Below, piece by piece: positions 18,301 through 28,058 of a stretch of DNA of 64,000 bases. The first letter of the stretch is position 1; the number at the start of each line of letters is the position of its first letter. The translations under genes were made by a program, and so were the position numbers. This stretch comes from Pseudomonadota bacterium (GTDB lineage Bacteria > Desulfobacterota > Desulfobacteria > Desulfobacterales > JBDRRP01): positions 1 to 64,000 of the forward strand of contig JBDRRP010000057.1 in assembly GCA_043825735.1 (NCBI GenBank). The letters are read 5' to 3'. The notes beneath the pieces are model-generated. The model had not been told where the DNA came from, did not search any database, and worked only from the letters and a program-made list of their open reading frames with translations.

Positions 18301-18372
18301 TATCAACAATATGAGAGAAGACGCCGACTTTTTAAACGGCAGCCTGCAAAAAATCAGGCCCTTGGATAAAGC

Positions 18373-19239
18373 ATGGACATACTGATCTACGGAACCATCA
18401 ACAGCGTTGCGCTGGCACTTTACGCCCTGGGATTCGCCCTGGTCTACGGCGTGAGCCGTCTGCCCAACTTTGCCCACGGCGCCCTCTTCGTGCTCAGCGG
18501 GTTCGTCGCCTGGAGCCTGCTCAACTCTCTGGGGCTTCCCTACCTGGTCGCCATCGTGCTGACCCTGCTGGTCACCGGAGTCATCGGGGCGCTGATCTAC
18601 CAGCTCATCCTGATCCGGGTCCGCGGCATGGAGATCTCCGAAATCATCGCTTCCTATGCCATCGGGCTGGCGATTTTGGAGGGGCTTCGCTGGGGCGGAT
18701 TTAGAGGCATGACCTATACCCTGCCCCCGTTTATCGAAGGCTCCATCACGATCGTCGGCATATCGGTGGACTACCAGCGGTTGCTGGTAGTGGTCATCGG
18801 CGCGGCCGTCGTGGGACTGCTGTGGCTCTTTACCCACTACACCCGCATCGGGCTCGCGCTTCGCGGCATGGCCCAGGACGAGCGGGCCGCCATGATGCTG
18901 GGCATCGATTCTGACCGGATGGCGGTGGTGGCCATGGGGTTCGGCTCCATGCTGGCGGCCCTGGCAGCCATCCTGTTGCTGCCCTTGGGCAATATCGTGG
19001 TGGAAGCCGGCTACAACGTACTGATACTTGCCATCGCGGTGTGTATCATCGGAGGTCTCGGCAGCTGGATGGGAGCGGTGCTGGCCGCGTTCATAATCGG
19101 TTTTGCTCAGATCCTGACGGTGGTCTACCTGGGGTCCCACTACCAGATGGTGGTGGCCCTGTTGGCCATCATCGTGACACTTATCCTCAAACCGTCGGGG
19201 CTTTTCGGACGGCAGAAAGAACTCGAGGAGCGCGTATGA
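18373..19239 (+). CDS. Liv-type ABC permease (LivH-like)
   Basis: NFAHG, GLALRGMAQD, IIGGLGS, KPSGLFG. Confidence 0.92.
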   Translation: MDILIYGTINSVALALYALGFALVYGVSRLPNFAHGALFVLSGFVAWSLLNSLGLPYLVAIVLTLLVTGVIGALIYQLILIRVRGMEISEIIASYAIGLAILEGLRWGGFRGMTYTLPPFIEGSITIVGISVDYQRLLVVVIGAAVVGLLWLFTHYTRIGLALRGMAQDERAAMMLGIDSDRMAVVAMGFGSMLAALAAILLLPLGNIVVEAGYNVLILAIAVCIIGGLGSWMGAVLAAFIIGFAQILTVVYLGSHYQMVVALLAIIVTLILKPSGLFGRQKELEERV

Positions 19240-20255
19240 CGAACAAGAGCGCCCAGCGCCGCAAGGAGCGGATCGACCGGGGAATAAAGGTGCGCACGGA
19301 CGGCCTGTATGCCCTGCTGTCTTACCGGGAGATCGCCTACCTGGCGCTGCCGCGGATTGTCTTGATCGGCGGTCTCCTTGTGCTGCCGCTGGTCGTGCCC
19401 GGCATGTACTGGCAGCGGGTGATCACCATTACCTGCATTTACGGCCTGCTGGCACTCAGCTTCGATTTTCTGGCCCATTACGTGGGGCTCGTTTCCCTGG
19501 GCGGCGCCTTTTTCGTCGGCGTCGGCGGCTACATGGCCGCCATCGCCAACACGTCGCTGGGCATGTCGCCCTGGCTCAGCGTCCCGCTTGCGGCGCTGGC
19601 GGGCGGGGGCCTCTGCACGTTGCTCCTTTTCCCATGCCTGCCGCTGCGGGGGGTCTATTTTGCCATCATCAGTCTCATGTACCCGCTGTTTTCGGCACGG
19701 GTGATCGAGGCACTCGACATCCTCGGCGGCACCGACGGCATCATGGGAATCGACGGCTTCCCCAACCGGATCATGGAGCAGTACGCGCCGATAGTGCTGC
19801 TCCTTCTCATCATGTTCGGCCTCCGGCGGCTGGCCACCACAGATATCGGCCTCGTGCTGCGGGGGATCAAGGACAACGACCAGGCGATACGGGCCTCGGG
19901 CATGAACGTCACCTTCTTCAAGGCGGTGGCGGTGTTTCTGGCCGCGGCCACGGGATGTCTGAGCGGGGCCTGTCTGGTGCATCTGTACATGTGGTCCGGG
20001 ATCAGCCAGTTTGCCCTCGATTTTTCCATCCTCCCGATCGCCGCCACCGTCATCGGTGGTAGCGGGACTCTGGTGGGGCCGGTTCTCGGATGTCTGATTC
20101 TGGTGCCGATCTCGGAGATGCTGCGGGATTTTGGAACCCTTCGGATCGTATTTTATGCGCTGATCCTGGTGGCGTTCATCGTTTTTAAAAGTGAAGGTCT
20201 CATGGTGTGGGGACAGCGCAAATACCAACAATTTGAGAGATGGACCGGGATATGA
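19236..20255 (+). CDS. Liv-type ABC permease (LivM-like)
   Basis: GLVSLG, LRGVYFAI, GGTDG, IGGSGTLVGP; ATGA overlap with upstream gene. Confidence 0.9.
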   Translation: MTNKSAQRRKERIDRGIKVRTDGLYALLSYREIAYLALPRIVLIGGLLVLPLVVPGMYWQRVITITCIYGLLALSFDFLAHYVGLVSLGGAFFVGVGGYMAAIANTSLGMSPWLSVPLAALAGGGLCTLLLFPCLPLRGVYFAIISLMYPLFSARVIEALDILGGTDGIMGIDGFPNRIMEQYAPIVLLLLIMFGLRRLATTDIGLVLRGIKDNDQAIRASGMNVTFFKAVAVFLAAATGCLSGACLVHLYMWSGISQFALDFSILPIAATVIGGSGTLVGPVLGCLILVPISEMLRDFGTLRIVFYALILVAFIVFKSEGLMVWGQRKYQQFERWTGI

Positions 20256-21040
20256 AAGAAGAACCGATCCTGCGCGCAGAAGAAATGAGCAAAACATTCG
20301 GCGGCATCATCGCCCTGAACCGGGTCAGTTTTGAATTGGCCAGGGGGGAGGTGCTGGGCATCATCGGTCCCAATGGCTCGGGTAAAACCACCATCGTCAA
20401 CTGCCTGTCCGGTTTTATCAAGAAGACCTCGGGCCGCGTGTTTTTCAAGGGCGTGGACATTTCCCAAAAACCGCCCCACAAGATTGCGGACATGGGTCTG
20501 ACCCGAACCTTTCAGGTGATGCGCCCCTATTACAGCCTGCCCGCCTACAAGAACCTGGTCATTCCGCTGTTTTCCCCCCGCGCCCGGCGCACCGGCGGAT
20601 GGCGCGGCGGCGGTCGGTTGGGAGACCGCAACACGGTCGGCATCGACATCCTGGAAGAGATCGGATTCGAAAGAGACTCCAATGTCCCCTACAAAACCGC
20701 CGCGACCCTGCCCACCGGCTACCTCAAGCGGCTGGAACTGGCCCGGTGCCTCGCCCTGAAGCCGGAGGTGATCATTTGTGACGAGATCTTTTCCGGCCTC
20801 AGTATGAGCGAGATCGCCAGCATGGTGCCATTGATCGAACGGCTCCAGATGGAAGGCATTACGCTGATCATGATCGAACACCGGCTCCGGGAGCTTTTTC
20901 GGGTGGCCAACCGGGTGATGGTCATGAATTTCGGGGAGAAACTGATCGAAGGGACGGCCAACGAGGTCATGGCTGACGAAAAGGTCAAGGAAGCCTACTT
21001 CGGATCCCAGGACGTCCAGGAGGTGATGATCCATGCTTGA
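20252..21040 (+). CDS. Liv-type ABC ATPase (LivG-like)
   Basis: GPNGSGKTT, RTFQ, IEH. Confidence 0.92.
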   Translation: MKEEPILRAEEMSKTFGGIIALNRVSFELARGEVLGIIGPNGSGKTTIVNCLSGFIKKTSGRVFFKGVDISQKPPHKIADMGLTRTFQVMRPYYSLPAYKNLVIPLFSPRARRTGGWRGGGRLGDRNTVGIDILEEIGFERDSNVPYKTAATLPTGYLKRLELARCLALKPEVIICDEIFSGLSMSEIASMVPLIERLQMEGITLIMIEHRLRELFRVANRVMVMNFGEKLIEGTANEVMADEKVKEAYFGSQDVQEVMIHA

Positions 21041-21794
21041 AGGCAAGGGCCTGATGGTCTTTTACGAAAATATGCTGGCCCTGAACAACGTCACAATCTC
21101 CTGCGACGACGGCCGGATCGTGGGCGTATTCGGCGCCAACAGCGCTGGCAAATCGACGCTCATGTACACCCTTTCCGGGATCATGAAGGATATTCAGAAA
21201 AAGGAGACCATGGCCGGGGGCGAGCGGGTCACCATCGTGGGGGAGATCTGGTACGAGGGCGAGGAGATCTCCCATCTGAAACCGAGCCAGCGCGCCCGGC
21301 GCGGCATCGTTCTTTGCCCCGAACGGCGGCGGATCTTCAGCGAAAGCAGTGTGCTGGAAAACCTGCGCATCGGCGGTTACCTGGCCACTTCGGCCCAGGC
21401 CAAACGGACCCTGGAGTACGTTTTCACCCTCTTTCCCGCCCTGGAGCGGCTGAAAAATCGAATTGGCGGATTTTTGAGCGGCGGCGAGCAGCAGATGCTC
21501 GCCATCGGCCGGGCTCTCATGGCCCAGCCCAAGGTGCTGCTCCTCGACGAACCGCTCATGGGCCTCAGCCCCCTGATGCAGTCCACGTTGATCCTCGCCA
21601 CCAAAGAGATCCGCGATGAAATGAACATTTCCATCATCGTCACCGAGCAGTACGCGCGGCCGGTGATGCCCATCGTCGACTATGCATTTATTCTGGAAAA
21701 CGGATCCGCCGTGCTGGAAGGCACCCGGGAGGTGCTGATGGACAACCCGGATATTCGGTCCGCCTATTTCGGGGTGGAGGAGTCGTATTCATGA
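21033..21794 (+). CDS. Liv-type ABC ATPase (LivF-like)
   Basis: GANSAGKST, LSGGEQQM, LLLDEP. Confidence 0.92.
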   Translation: MLEGKGLMVFYENMLALNNVTISCDDGRIVGVFGANSAGKSTLMYTLSGIMKDIQKKETMAGGERVTIVGEIWYEGEEISHLKPSQRARRGIVLCPERRRIFSESSVLENLRIGGYLATSAQAKRTLEYVFTLFPALERLKNRIGGFLSGGEQQMLAIGRALMAQPKVLLLDEPLMGLSPLMQSTLILATKEIRDEMNISIIVTEQYARPVMPIVDYAFILENGSAVLEGTREVLMDNPDIRSAYFGVEESYS

Positions 21795-23452
21795 CCGGTT
21801 CGATCGAGAACAACCTGGACAATGAACTCACCTACAGCCGATTCGACCGGATGTGCGGCAAGTATCCGGACCGTCCGGCGCTGATCTACCTGGGGCAGTC
21901 CTTTTCCTACGCCCGGCTCAAGGCGTTGAGCGAGCGCTTTGCCGGCGCCCTTCAGGAGATGGGCGTCGGCAAGGGCGACCGGGTTCTGGTCTACATTTAC
22001 AACTGTCCGCAATGGGTCATCGCGTTTCTGGCGATTCAGAAGCTCGGGGCGGTCATCGTTCCGGTGGCGCCCATCTACACCTCCCATGAGCTGACCTACA
22101 TGGTCCAGGATTCGGGCGCCGAGACCCTCATCTGTCTCGACACCAATTTCTGCTATGTCAAGGAGGTCATGGAAAACACCAGCCTCAAACGGGTCATCGT
22201 AACCAATCTGGTGGACCTGCTGCCGGCATGGAAACGGCTGGTCGGCGTTCTTTTCGACAAGATCCCCAATGGCAAAGTCGATCGGAGTGAAGGGGTCTTT
22301 CGGTTCCGGTCCCTGCTGGCCCACCCTCCCCTGCAGGAACCGGTTCCGATCGACCCGAAAAAGGATCTGGCCTACCTGCTCTATACCGGTGGGACCACCG
22401 GATTTCCAAAGGGCGTGCCCGGCAATCACGCGGGCATGACGTCCTATGTGAACGATGTGACCGACGACGTGGCCGGGGACCGCCTCCTGGAAGGCAAAGA
22501 CACCTACATCGCCGTCAACCCCCTGTTTCACATCATGGCCCTGGGGCTTTTCATGGCCATCGGTCTGAACCGGGGAAACGCCACCGTCCTGATGCCGACA
22601 CCCCAGGTGGACGCCATTCTGGTGTGCATCCAGCGCTACCGGGTCCGGTGGCTTCTGGGCGTTCCGGCGCTGTACCGGATGATCCTCGACAGCGACCGGT
22701 TCGACCGCTACGATCTGAGCTCCCTGAAGTACTGCTACTGCGGCGGCGACGTGCTGCCCGAGGAAATCTGCAACCGGTGGCAGGAGCACCTGCAGATACC
22801 CATCTACCAGGTCTACGGGTCGACCGAGGCCGGCCATGTCTGTTACAGCCGCATCGAGCGCCCGCCGAAGCCCGGGACCATCGGATTGCCGCTGAAAAGC
22901 CGCCAGTGCATCGTCGTCAACACCGAAACCCTGGAACCGGTCCCGACGGGAAAGGGCGGGGAGCTGCTGGTGACCTCTCCCCATTCCCTCAAGAGCTACT
23001 GGAACAAGCCCCAAGAGACCGCCCGGACCTTTGTGGAAATCAATGGGAAGATTTACTGCCGCATGGGCGATTTCGTGCGGATGGACGAAGACGGGGAGCT
23101 CTACTACGTGGAGCGCAGCGCCGACATCATCAAGCACAAGGCCTACCGCGTATCGGCCTCCGAGGTGGAGTCGATTCTCCAGGATCATCCCACGGTCATC
23201 GGGGCCTGCGTGGTGGGGGTGCCCGATCCAAAGGTGGGAGAGCGCATCAAGGCCATCGTGGTTCTCAAAGAGGACGCCCGTGGGGTGGGGGGCGCGGATT
23301 TGATTCGTTGGTGCTCCGATCACCTGGCCCCGTATAAGGTGCCCAGCTATATCGAATTTCGCGACATGCTGCCCAAGTCGAAGGTGGGCAAGCTCCTTCG
23401 GCGGGAGGTGCGCGACGAGGAGCGCCGGCGCGTTTCAAAAAAGGAAATGTAA
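21791..23452 (+). CDS. AMP-forming acyl-CoA synthetase
   Basis: YTGGTTGFPKG, YGSTE, GD motif, LPKSKVGKLLRR. Confidence 0.93.
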   Translation: MTGSIENNLDNELTYSRFDRMCGKYPDRPALIYLGQSFSYARLKALSERFAGALQEMGVGKGDRVLVYIYNCPQWVIAFLAIQKLGAVIVPVAPIYTSHELTYMVQDSGAETLICLDTNFCYVKEVMENTSLKRVIVTNLVDLLPAWKRLVGVLFDKIPNGKVDRSEGVFRFRSLLAHPPLQEPVPIDPKKDLAYLLYTGGTTGFPKGVPGNHAGMTSYVNDVTDDVAGDRLLEGKDTYIAVNPLFHIMALGLFMAIGLNRGNATVLMPTPQVDAILVCIQRYRVRWLLGVPALYRMILDSDRFDRYDLSSLKYCYCGGDVLPEEICNRWQEHLQIPIYQVYGSTEAGHVCYSRIERPPKPGTIGLPLKSRQCIVVNTETLEPVPTGKGGELLVTSPHSLKSYWNKPQETARTFVEINGKIYCRMGDFVRMDEDGELYYVERSADIIKHKAYRVSASEVESILQDHPTVIGACVVGVPDPKVGERIKAIVVLKEDARGVGGADLIRWCSDHLAPYKVPSYIEFRDMLPKSKVGKLLRREVRDEERRRVSKKEM

Positions 23453-23511
23453 GCCCCCTGCCGGCATTGGGGCAATTTTAAAACCGGTCAACACGAGAAA
23501 GGGTGATTCGG

Positions 23512-24081
23512 ATGGATTTGATGGACGCCATACGCAACCGACGCAGCTGCCGCCGTTTTCTGCCCGAACCGATCGAGGCAACGACCATCGGACAGATACT
23601 GGAGGCGGCCTCATGGGCCCCATCGCCGCTCAACACTCAGCCCTGGGAGTTCGTCGTCATCACCGGTGAGGAGAAAAAGGCCGCCCTCAAGGCCGCCGCG
23701 GAAAAGTGCCTTCGATGGGCCCTTGAAAAAAGCGGCTGGAAGTGGCTGGCCGGGTATCGGATGGATTTTCTGACCCAGGCGCCGGTGATCATTGCCGTGG
23801 TGGGAGATCCGAAAAAGACGGGTGTCGATCAGTTCCAGGAAGAAGGCACGGTGGCCTACCAGCATGCCTGCGCCGCCGCTATCCAGAACATGCTTCTGGT
23901 CGCCCACGCGTCGGGGATCGGCACCCTGTGGTTCACTTTTTTCGACAAGAAAGACGTGCGCGATGTTCTCGGCATCGCCCCTGAAAAAACACCCCTGGCG
24001 CTGATCTGCGCCGGCCGACCGGCAGAGGCGATCGCCTCGGTGCCGCGCAAGAACGTCGAGACCCGAACCAATTACATGTGA
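23512..24081 (+). CDS. Nitroreductase family protein
   Basis: RRSCRRF, APSPLNTQPW, GIGTLW. Confidence 0.92.
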   Translation: MDLMDAIRNRRSCRRFLPEPIEATTIGQILEAASWAPSPLNTQPWEFVVITGEEKKAALKAAAEKCLRWALEKSGWKWLAGYRMDFLTQAPVIIAVVGDPKKTGVDQFQEEGTVAYQHACAAAIQNMLLVAHASGIGTLWFTFFDKKDVRDVLGIAPEKTPLALICAGRPAEAIASVPRKNVETRTNYM

Positions 24082-24093
24082 TGGAAACGGAAA

Positions 24094-24612
24094 ATGGAAA
24101 AGAGTATTTTAAAGGGGAAACGAATTCTGGCCGTCGACGACGAACCGGATGTACTCGACACCCTGCAGGACCTTCTGGAAGACGACGACGTCGTGTTCGA
24201 CCGGGCCACCGATTACGAGTCGGGTTTTCACCTGCTTCGATCATGGACCTACGATGCGGTCATTTTGGACATCATGGGCGTGCGCGGCTTTGACCTGCTG
24301 GCGGTTTCCCACTCCCGCGGGTTTCCCACGGTCATGCTCACCGCGCATGCGCTGACGGTGGCGGCCCTGAAAAAATCGATCGATATGGGCGCCCGTGCGT
24401 TCATCCCCAAGGAAAGCATGTCCGACATCCCGGAATTTCTCGAAGATGTCATCACCCTGGACCATGGCTCAGGCCTTCGCAGCATGTTTCAGCGCCTGGG
24501 CGGTTTTTTCAACGCCCGGTTCGGCTCCCGCTGGATGGAGAGCGAGAAGACATTCTGGGACCGGGCCATATCCGGAAAGTACACCCCCGACCCGGTGATC
24601 CTGAAAAAATAG
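24094..24612 (+). CDS. Stand-alone response regulator
   Basis: VDDE, LDIMG, MLTAH, FIPK. Confidence 0.88.
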   Translation: MEKSILKGKRILAVDDEPDVLDTLQDLLEDDDVVFDRATDYESGFHLLRSWTYDAVILDIMGVRGFDLLAVSHSRGFPTVMLTAHALTVAALKKSIDMGARAFIPKESMSDIPEFLEDVITLDHGSGLRSMFQRLGGFFNARFGSRWMESEKTFWDRAISGKYTPDPVILKK

Positions 24613-24652
24613 CGGGTTGATCCGCCATTCGAAGATCCGACTGATTCCTTAA

Positions 24653-24680
24653 TTGACAGGATTTACAGGATCAACAGGAT
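24653..24680. repeat. 9-bp period repeat (NNACAGGAT)x3
   Basis: TTGACAGGAT TTACAGGAT CAACAGGAT. Confidence 0.65.
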
Positions 24681-24727
24681 ATGGGCGGCCGTTGGTCGCA
24701 CGCCACCACGGGCGGAGCGCTTTTGAG

Positions 24728-25144
24728 ATGAAGATCAGACCCTTTCAGCGTAGAGACAAGGCGGCGGTCATCTCGCTGTGGTCCGAGTGCGGGCTGCTGG
24801 CGCCTCAGAACGACCCGGGAAAAGACATCGCGCGAAAAATGAAAATCTTCCCCGAAGGGTTTCTCGTGGGTGAGGCCGATGGCCGGATCATCGCCACCTG
24901 CATGGCCGGCTACGAGGGGCATCGGGGATGGATCAACTACCTGGCCGTTTCGCCCACACACCGCCGGCAGGGGGTTGGCCGGCAGATTCTGGCCACCGCG
25001 GAGATCCTGCTGGCCGCCGCGGGCTGTCCGAAGATCAACCTGCAGGTGCGTTCATCAAACACCGGCGTCATTGCGTTTTACATGGCTGCGGGATTTGCCG
25101 TGGACGACGTTGTCAGTATGGGAAAACGGCTGGTGGTGGACTGA
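24728..25144 (+). CDS. GNAT acetyltransferase (YpeA-like)
   Basis: MAGYEGHRGWINYLAV..GCPKINLQVR..SMGKRL. Confidence 0.92.
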   Translation: MKIRPFQRRDKAAVISLWSECGLLAPQNDPGKDIARKMKIFPEGFLVGEADGRIIATCMAGYEGHRGWINYLAVSPTHRRQGVGRQILATAEILLAAAGCPKINLQVRSSNTGVIAFYMAAGFAVDDVVSMGKRLVVD

Positions 25145-25155
25145 GCGGTTTTCCA

Positions 25156-25363
25156 ATTCTCGCGCAGAGACGCAGAGGCGCTGAGAAAAGCAAATTGGCG
25201 GCCTTCCACCTTCGCCAAGGCTATGGCGGACAAGTCGGCCGAAGAGCAACTGCAAGGGAAAATTAACCGCAGATTACGCCGATACGGCTTACATCGATGG
25301 GCGGCGCGCTGCATAGCACCTGAAACTGCAGTTCTCTGCGTCTTTGCGTCTCTGCGCGAGAAT
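25156..25363. repeat. MITE/REP-like 208-bp element with 32-bp terminal inverted repeats
   Basis: 25156-25187 matches the reverse complement of 25332-25363 at 29/32. Confidence 0.75.
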
Positions 25364-25439
25364 CGTTTTTAACGGCGCATTATTTGCCGTGCACCCATGC
25401 AACGCATTTTCTTGAACCTTTTTACGACCGGAACCCATC

Positions 25440-26213
25440 ATGCTGATCATCACCCACTTTGAAGACGCCATCGGCACTATCACATTCAACCGGCCCGAGC
25501 GGTGCAACGCTCTTGGCGAGGCGCTGGTGAACGATTGTCTGGCCGCGCTCGACGATTTCAGGGAAAAGGCCGCTCGGGCGGTGGTGATCCGGGCGGCTGA
25601 CGGCGCCGCCGTCTGGTCGGCGGGCCACGACATCAGCGAACTGCCCATGGGGCAGGACCCATTGCCCTACACCGACCCACCGGAGCGGCTGCTGCGGGCA
25701 ATCAAGCAGTTTCCGGCCCCGGTGATCGCCATGGTGCACGGTTCGGTGTGGGGCGCGGCCACCGATCTGGCCTTGAGCTGTGACATCATCGTGGGCGACG
25801 ACACTTGTTCTTTTGCCATCACTCCCGTCAACCTGGGTCTGGCGTACAACACCGCCGGATTGCTCCAGTTCATGCGGCGCCTGCCACTCAATTTGGTCAA
25901 AGAGATGTTTTTTACCGCGGCGCCGGTTTGCGCGGCGGACGCTGAGAAATGGGGCATCCTCAACCACCGGGTGCCGTCCGATGCTTTGGAGCGCTTCACC
26001 GGAGAGCTTGCCCGGGGCATTGCCGCCAAGGCGCCGCTGGCCGTGGCCGCCATCAAGGAGCAGTTGCGGATCCTGGCCGAGTCCGACCCCATCTCACCGG
26101 ACACCTTCGAACGGATCCAGGAACTGCGGCGGCATGTTTTCCAGAGTGCCGATTATGAAGAAGGCATCACGGCGTTTCGGGAAAAGCGCGCACCGGTGTT
26201 CAAAGGGCGATAG
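25440..26213 (+). CDS. scpB: Methylmalonyl-CoA decarboxylase (crotonase fold)
   Basis: SAGHDI, DPL-x-Y-x-DP, GSVWG, TPVNLG, FERIQ, DYEEG match E. coli ScpB as recalled. Confidence 0.85.
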   Translation: MLIITHFEDAIGTITFNRPERCNALGEALVNDCLAALDDFREKAARAVVIRAADGAAVWSAGHDISELPMGQDPLPYTDPPERLLRAIKQFPAPVIAMVHGSVWGAATDLALSCDIIVGDDTCSFAITPVNLGLAYNTAGLLQFMRRLPLNLVKEMFFTAAPVCAADAEKWGILNHRVPSDALERFTGELARGIAAKAPLAVAAIKEQLRILAESDPISPDTFERIQELRRHVFQSADYEEGITAFREKRAPVFKGR

Positions 26214-26288
26214 AATGCGCTATCGTCATTGGCCCGTTTGGTGTAAAAGCGGACTCAAAATGGCGATTACCATTCAAAGGGAAACCCC

Positions 26289-26744
26289 ATGGCAACCTTC
26301 AACGATGGACACGTATCATTTAGCTACCCGATGGACTGGGCAGTTCACAAAGACTCCGAGTACGGGCAGATCTTTATCAATTGCAGCGAAGCCATCGCCG
26401 GCAGTGATATGACGGCCGTGCGCCTCGTCGTCCAATACGCCGCAGAGGCGGAACCCGATCCGGGCGATCTCGACCTGGGCAACGATATGCTCAAGAGCGT
26501 CATGAACCGGGTGACGGAAGAAAAGGACATGACGCCCTTCGGGGTGATCGAAAACTTTTCAGGCCGCAGCATCAGCGGCCTTATCGCGGACACGCCCGTT
26601 GCCGGGTTCACGGTCCACGCCCGAATGCCCACGCCGTTCGAGGAGGATTTTCTCGACATCCACGGGGTTGTGGTATTGGGGCACTATGCCCAGGTCCATG
26701 CCCCGGCGGTCAAGGATCTTGTGAATTCCTTGCGACTTACCTAA
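26289..26744 (+). CDS. Hypothetical protein
   Basis: 151-aa ORF with upstream purine-rich RBS; FSYP-x-DW start. Confidence 0.65.
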   Translation: MATFNDGHVSFSYPMDWAVHKDSEYGQIFINCSEAIAGSDMTAVRLVVQYAAEAEPDPGDLDLGNDMLKSVMNRVTEEKDMTPFGVIENFSGRSISGLIADTPVAGFTVHARMPTPFEEDFLDIHGVVVLGHYAQVHAPAVKDLVNSLRLT

Positions 26745-26861
26745 GCCGCGCCGTGCGCGGTTGCCGGAGGCGTTTCTTCAGGGCGGCGGCTTTCCCGGGC
26801 CCCACCGGGTTGGCCCCGTCAACCCGAGGCCGGCCAGACCGGCCGCGTCAGGAGGTCAGCC

Positions 26862-28058
26862 ATGTCACGTGTATTGATTGTCGGGGCCGGCGGCGTGGGA
26901 AACGTCGTGGTACAAAAATGCGCCCAGGTGCCGGAAGTGTTCGATGACATCATCCTTGCCAGCCGCACTCTGGAAAAGTGCGATGCCATCGCCCGGGATG
27001 TGCTTGCCCGCACCGGGCGGCGTATCGAGACCGCCCGCGTGGATGCGGACAGCGCCGTCGAAGCGGCCGCGCTGATCCGGGCCACCCGGCCGGATTTGGT
27101 GCTCAATGTGGCGCTGCCCTACCAGGATCTGCCGCTCATGGACGCCTGCCTGGAAACCGGTGTCGATTATCTGGACACGGCCAATTACGAACCTCCCGAC
27201 GAGGCCAAGTTCGAGTATCGGTGGCAGTGGGCCTACCGGGACCGGTTCCGGGAAAAGGGGATCATGGCGCTTCTGGGCAGCGGGTTCGATCCTGGCGTGA
27301 CCAATGTCTTCACCGCTCATGCGGCCAAACACCATTTCGACGAGATCCATGTTCTGGACATCATCGACTGCAACGCCGGCGATCACGGAAAGGCCTTTGC
27401 CACCAACTTCAACCCGGAGATCAATATCCGGGAAATCACCCAGCGCGGGCGCTACTGGGAGCGGGGCGAGTGGGTGGAGACCGATCCGCTCGCCTGGTCC
27501 ATGAGTTACGATTTCCCGGAAGGGATCGGCCCGAAGAAGTGCTTTCTCATGTACCACGAGGAACTGGAATCTTTGGTTGAGAACATCAACGGGCTCAAAC
27601 GGGCGCGTTTCTGGATGACTTTTTCAGATGCGTACCTTACCCACCTGAGGGTGCTTGAAAACGTCGGCATGACGTCCATTGCCCCAATCAGCTATGGGGG
27701 GCAGCAGATCGCCCCCATCCAGTTTCTCAAGGCAGTGCTCCCCGATCCCGGCAGCCTGGGACCGCTCACCAAGGGACGCACCTGTATCGGCTGCCGGATG
27801 ACCGGCGTCAAGGACGGCAAGGCCAAGACCGTATTCACCTACAACATCTGCAGCCACGAGGCCGCCTACCAAGAGGTGGGCAGCCAGGCCATCAGCTACA
27901 CCACCGGGGTGCCGGCCATGATCGGCGCCATGATGATGCTCACCGGCAAATGGCGGCGGCCCGGGGTGTTCAACATGGAACAGTTCGATCCTGATCCCTT
28001 CATGGACGCACTCAACCGCCACGGGTTGCCATGGACAGAGATTATCTCCAACGATTAG
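26862..28058 (+). CDS. Carboxy(nor)spermidine dehydrogenase (saccharopine dehydrogenase family)
   Basis: GAGGVG, YLDTANYE, GFDPG, ATNFNPEINIRE; overlaps nspC. Confidence 0.92.
   Translation: MSRVLIVGAGGVGNVVVQKCAQVPEVFDDIILASRTLEKCDAIARDVLARTGRRIETARVDADSAVEAAALIRATRPDLVLNVALPYQDLPLMDACLETGVDYLDTANYEPPDEAKFEYRWQWAYRDRFREKGIMALLGSGFDPGVTNVFTAHAAKHHFDEIHVLDIIDCNAGDHGKAFATNFNPEINIREITQRGRYWERGEWVETDPLAWSMSYDFPEGIGPKKCFLMYHEELESLVENINGLKRARFWMTFSDAYLTHLRVLENVGMTSIAPISYGGQQIAPIQFLKAVLPDPGSLGPLTKGRTCIGCRMTGVKDGKAKTVFTYNICSHEAAYQEVGSQAISYTTGVPAMIGAMMMLTGKWRRPGVFNMEQFDPDPFMDALNRHGLPWTEIISND

Noticed and set aside
16999..23323. Long minus-strand ORFs (713, 385, 297, 519 aa)
   Set aside because: Shadows of GC-rich plus-strand genes with strong family motifs; the same applies to most overlapping ORFs, e.g. 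49938..51644 and 43150..45656
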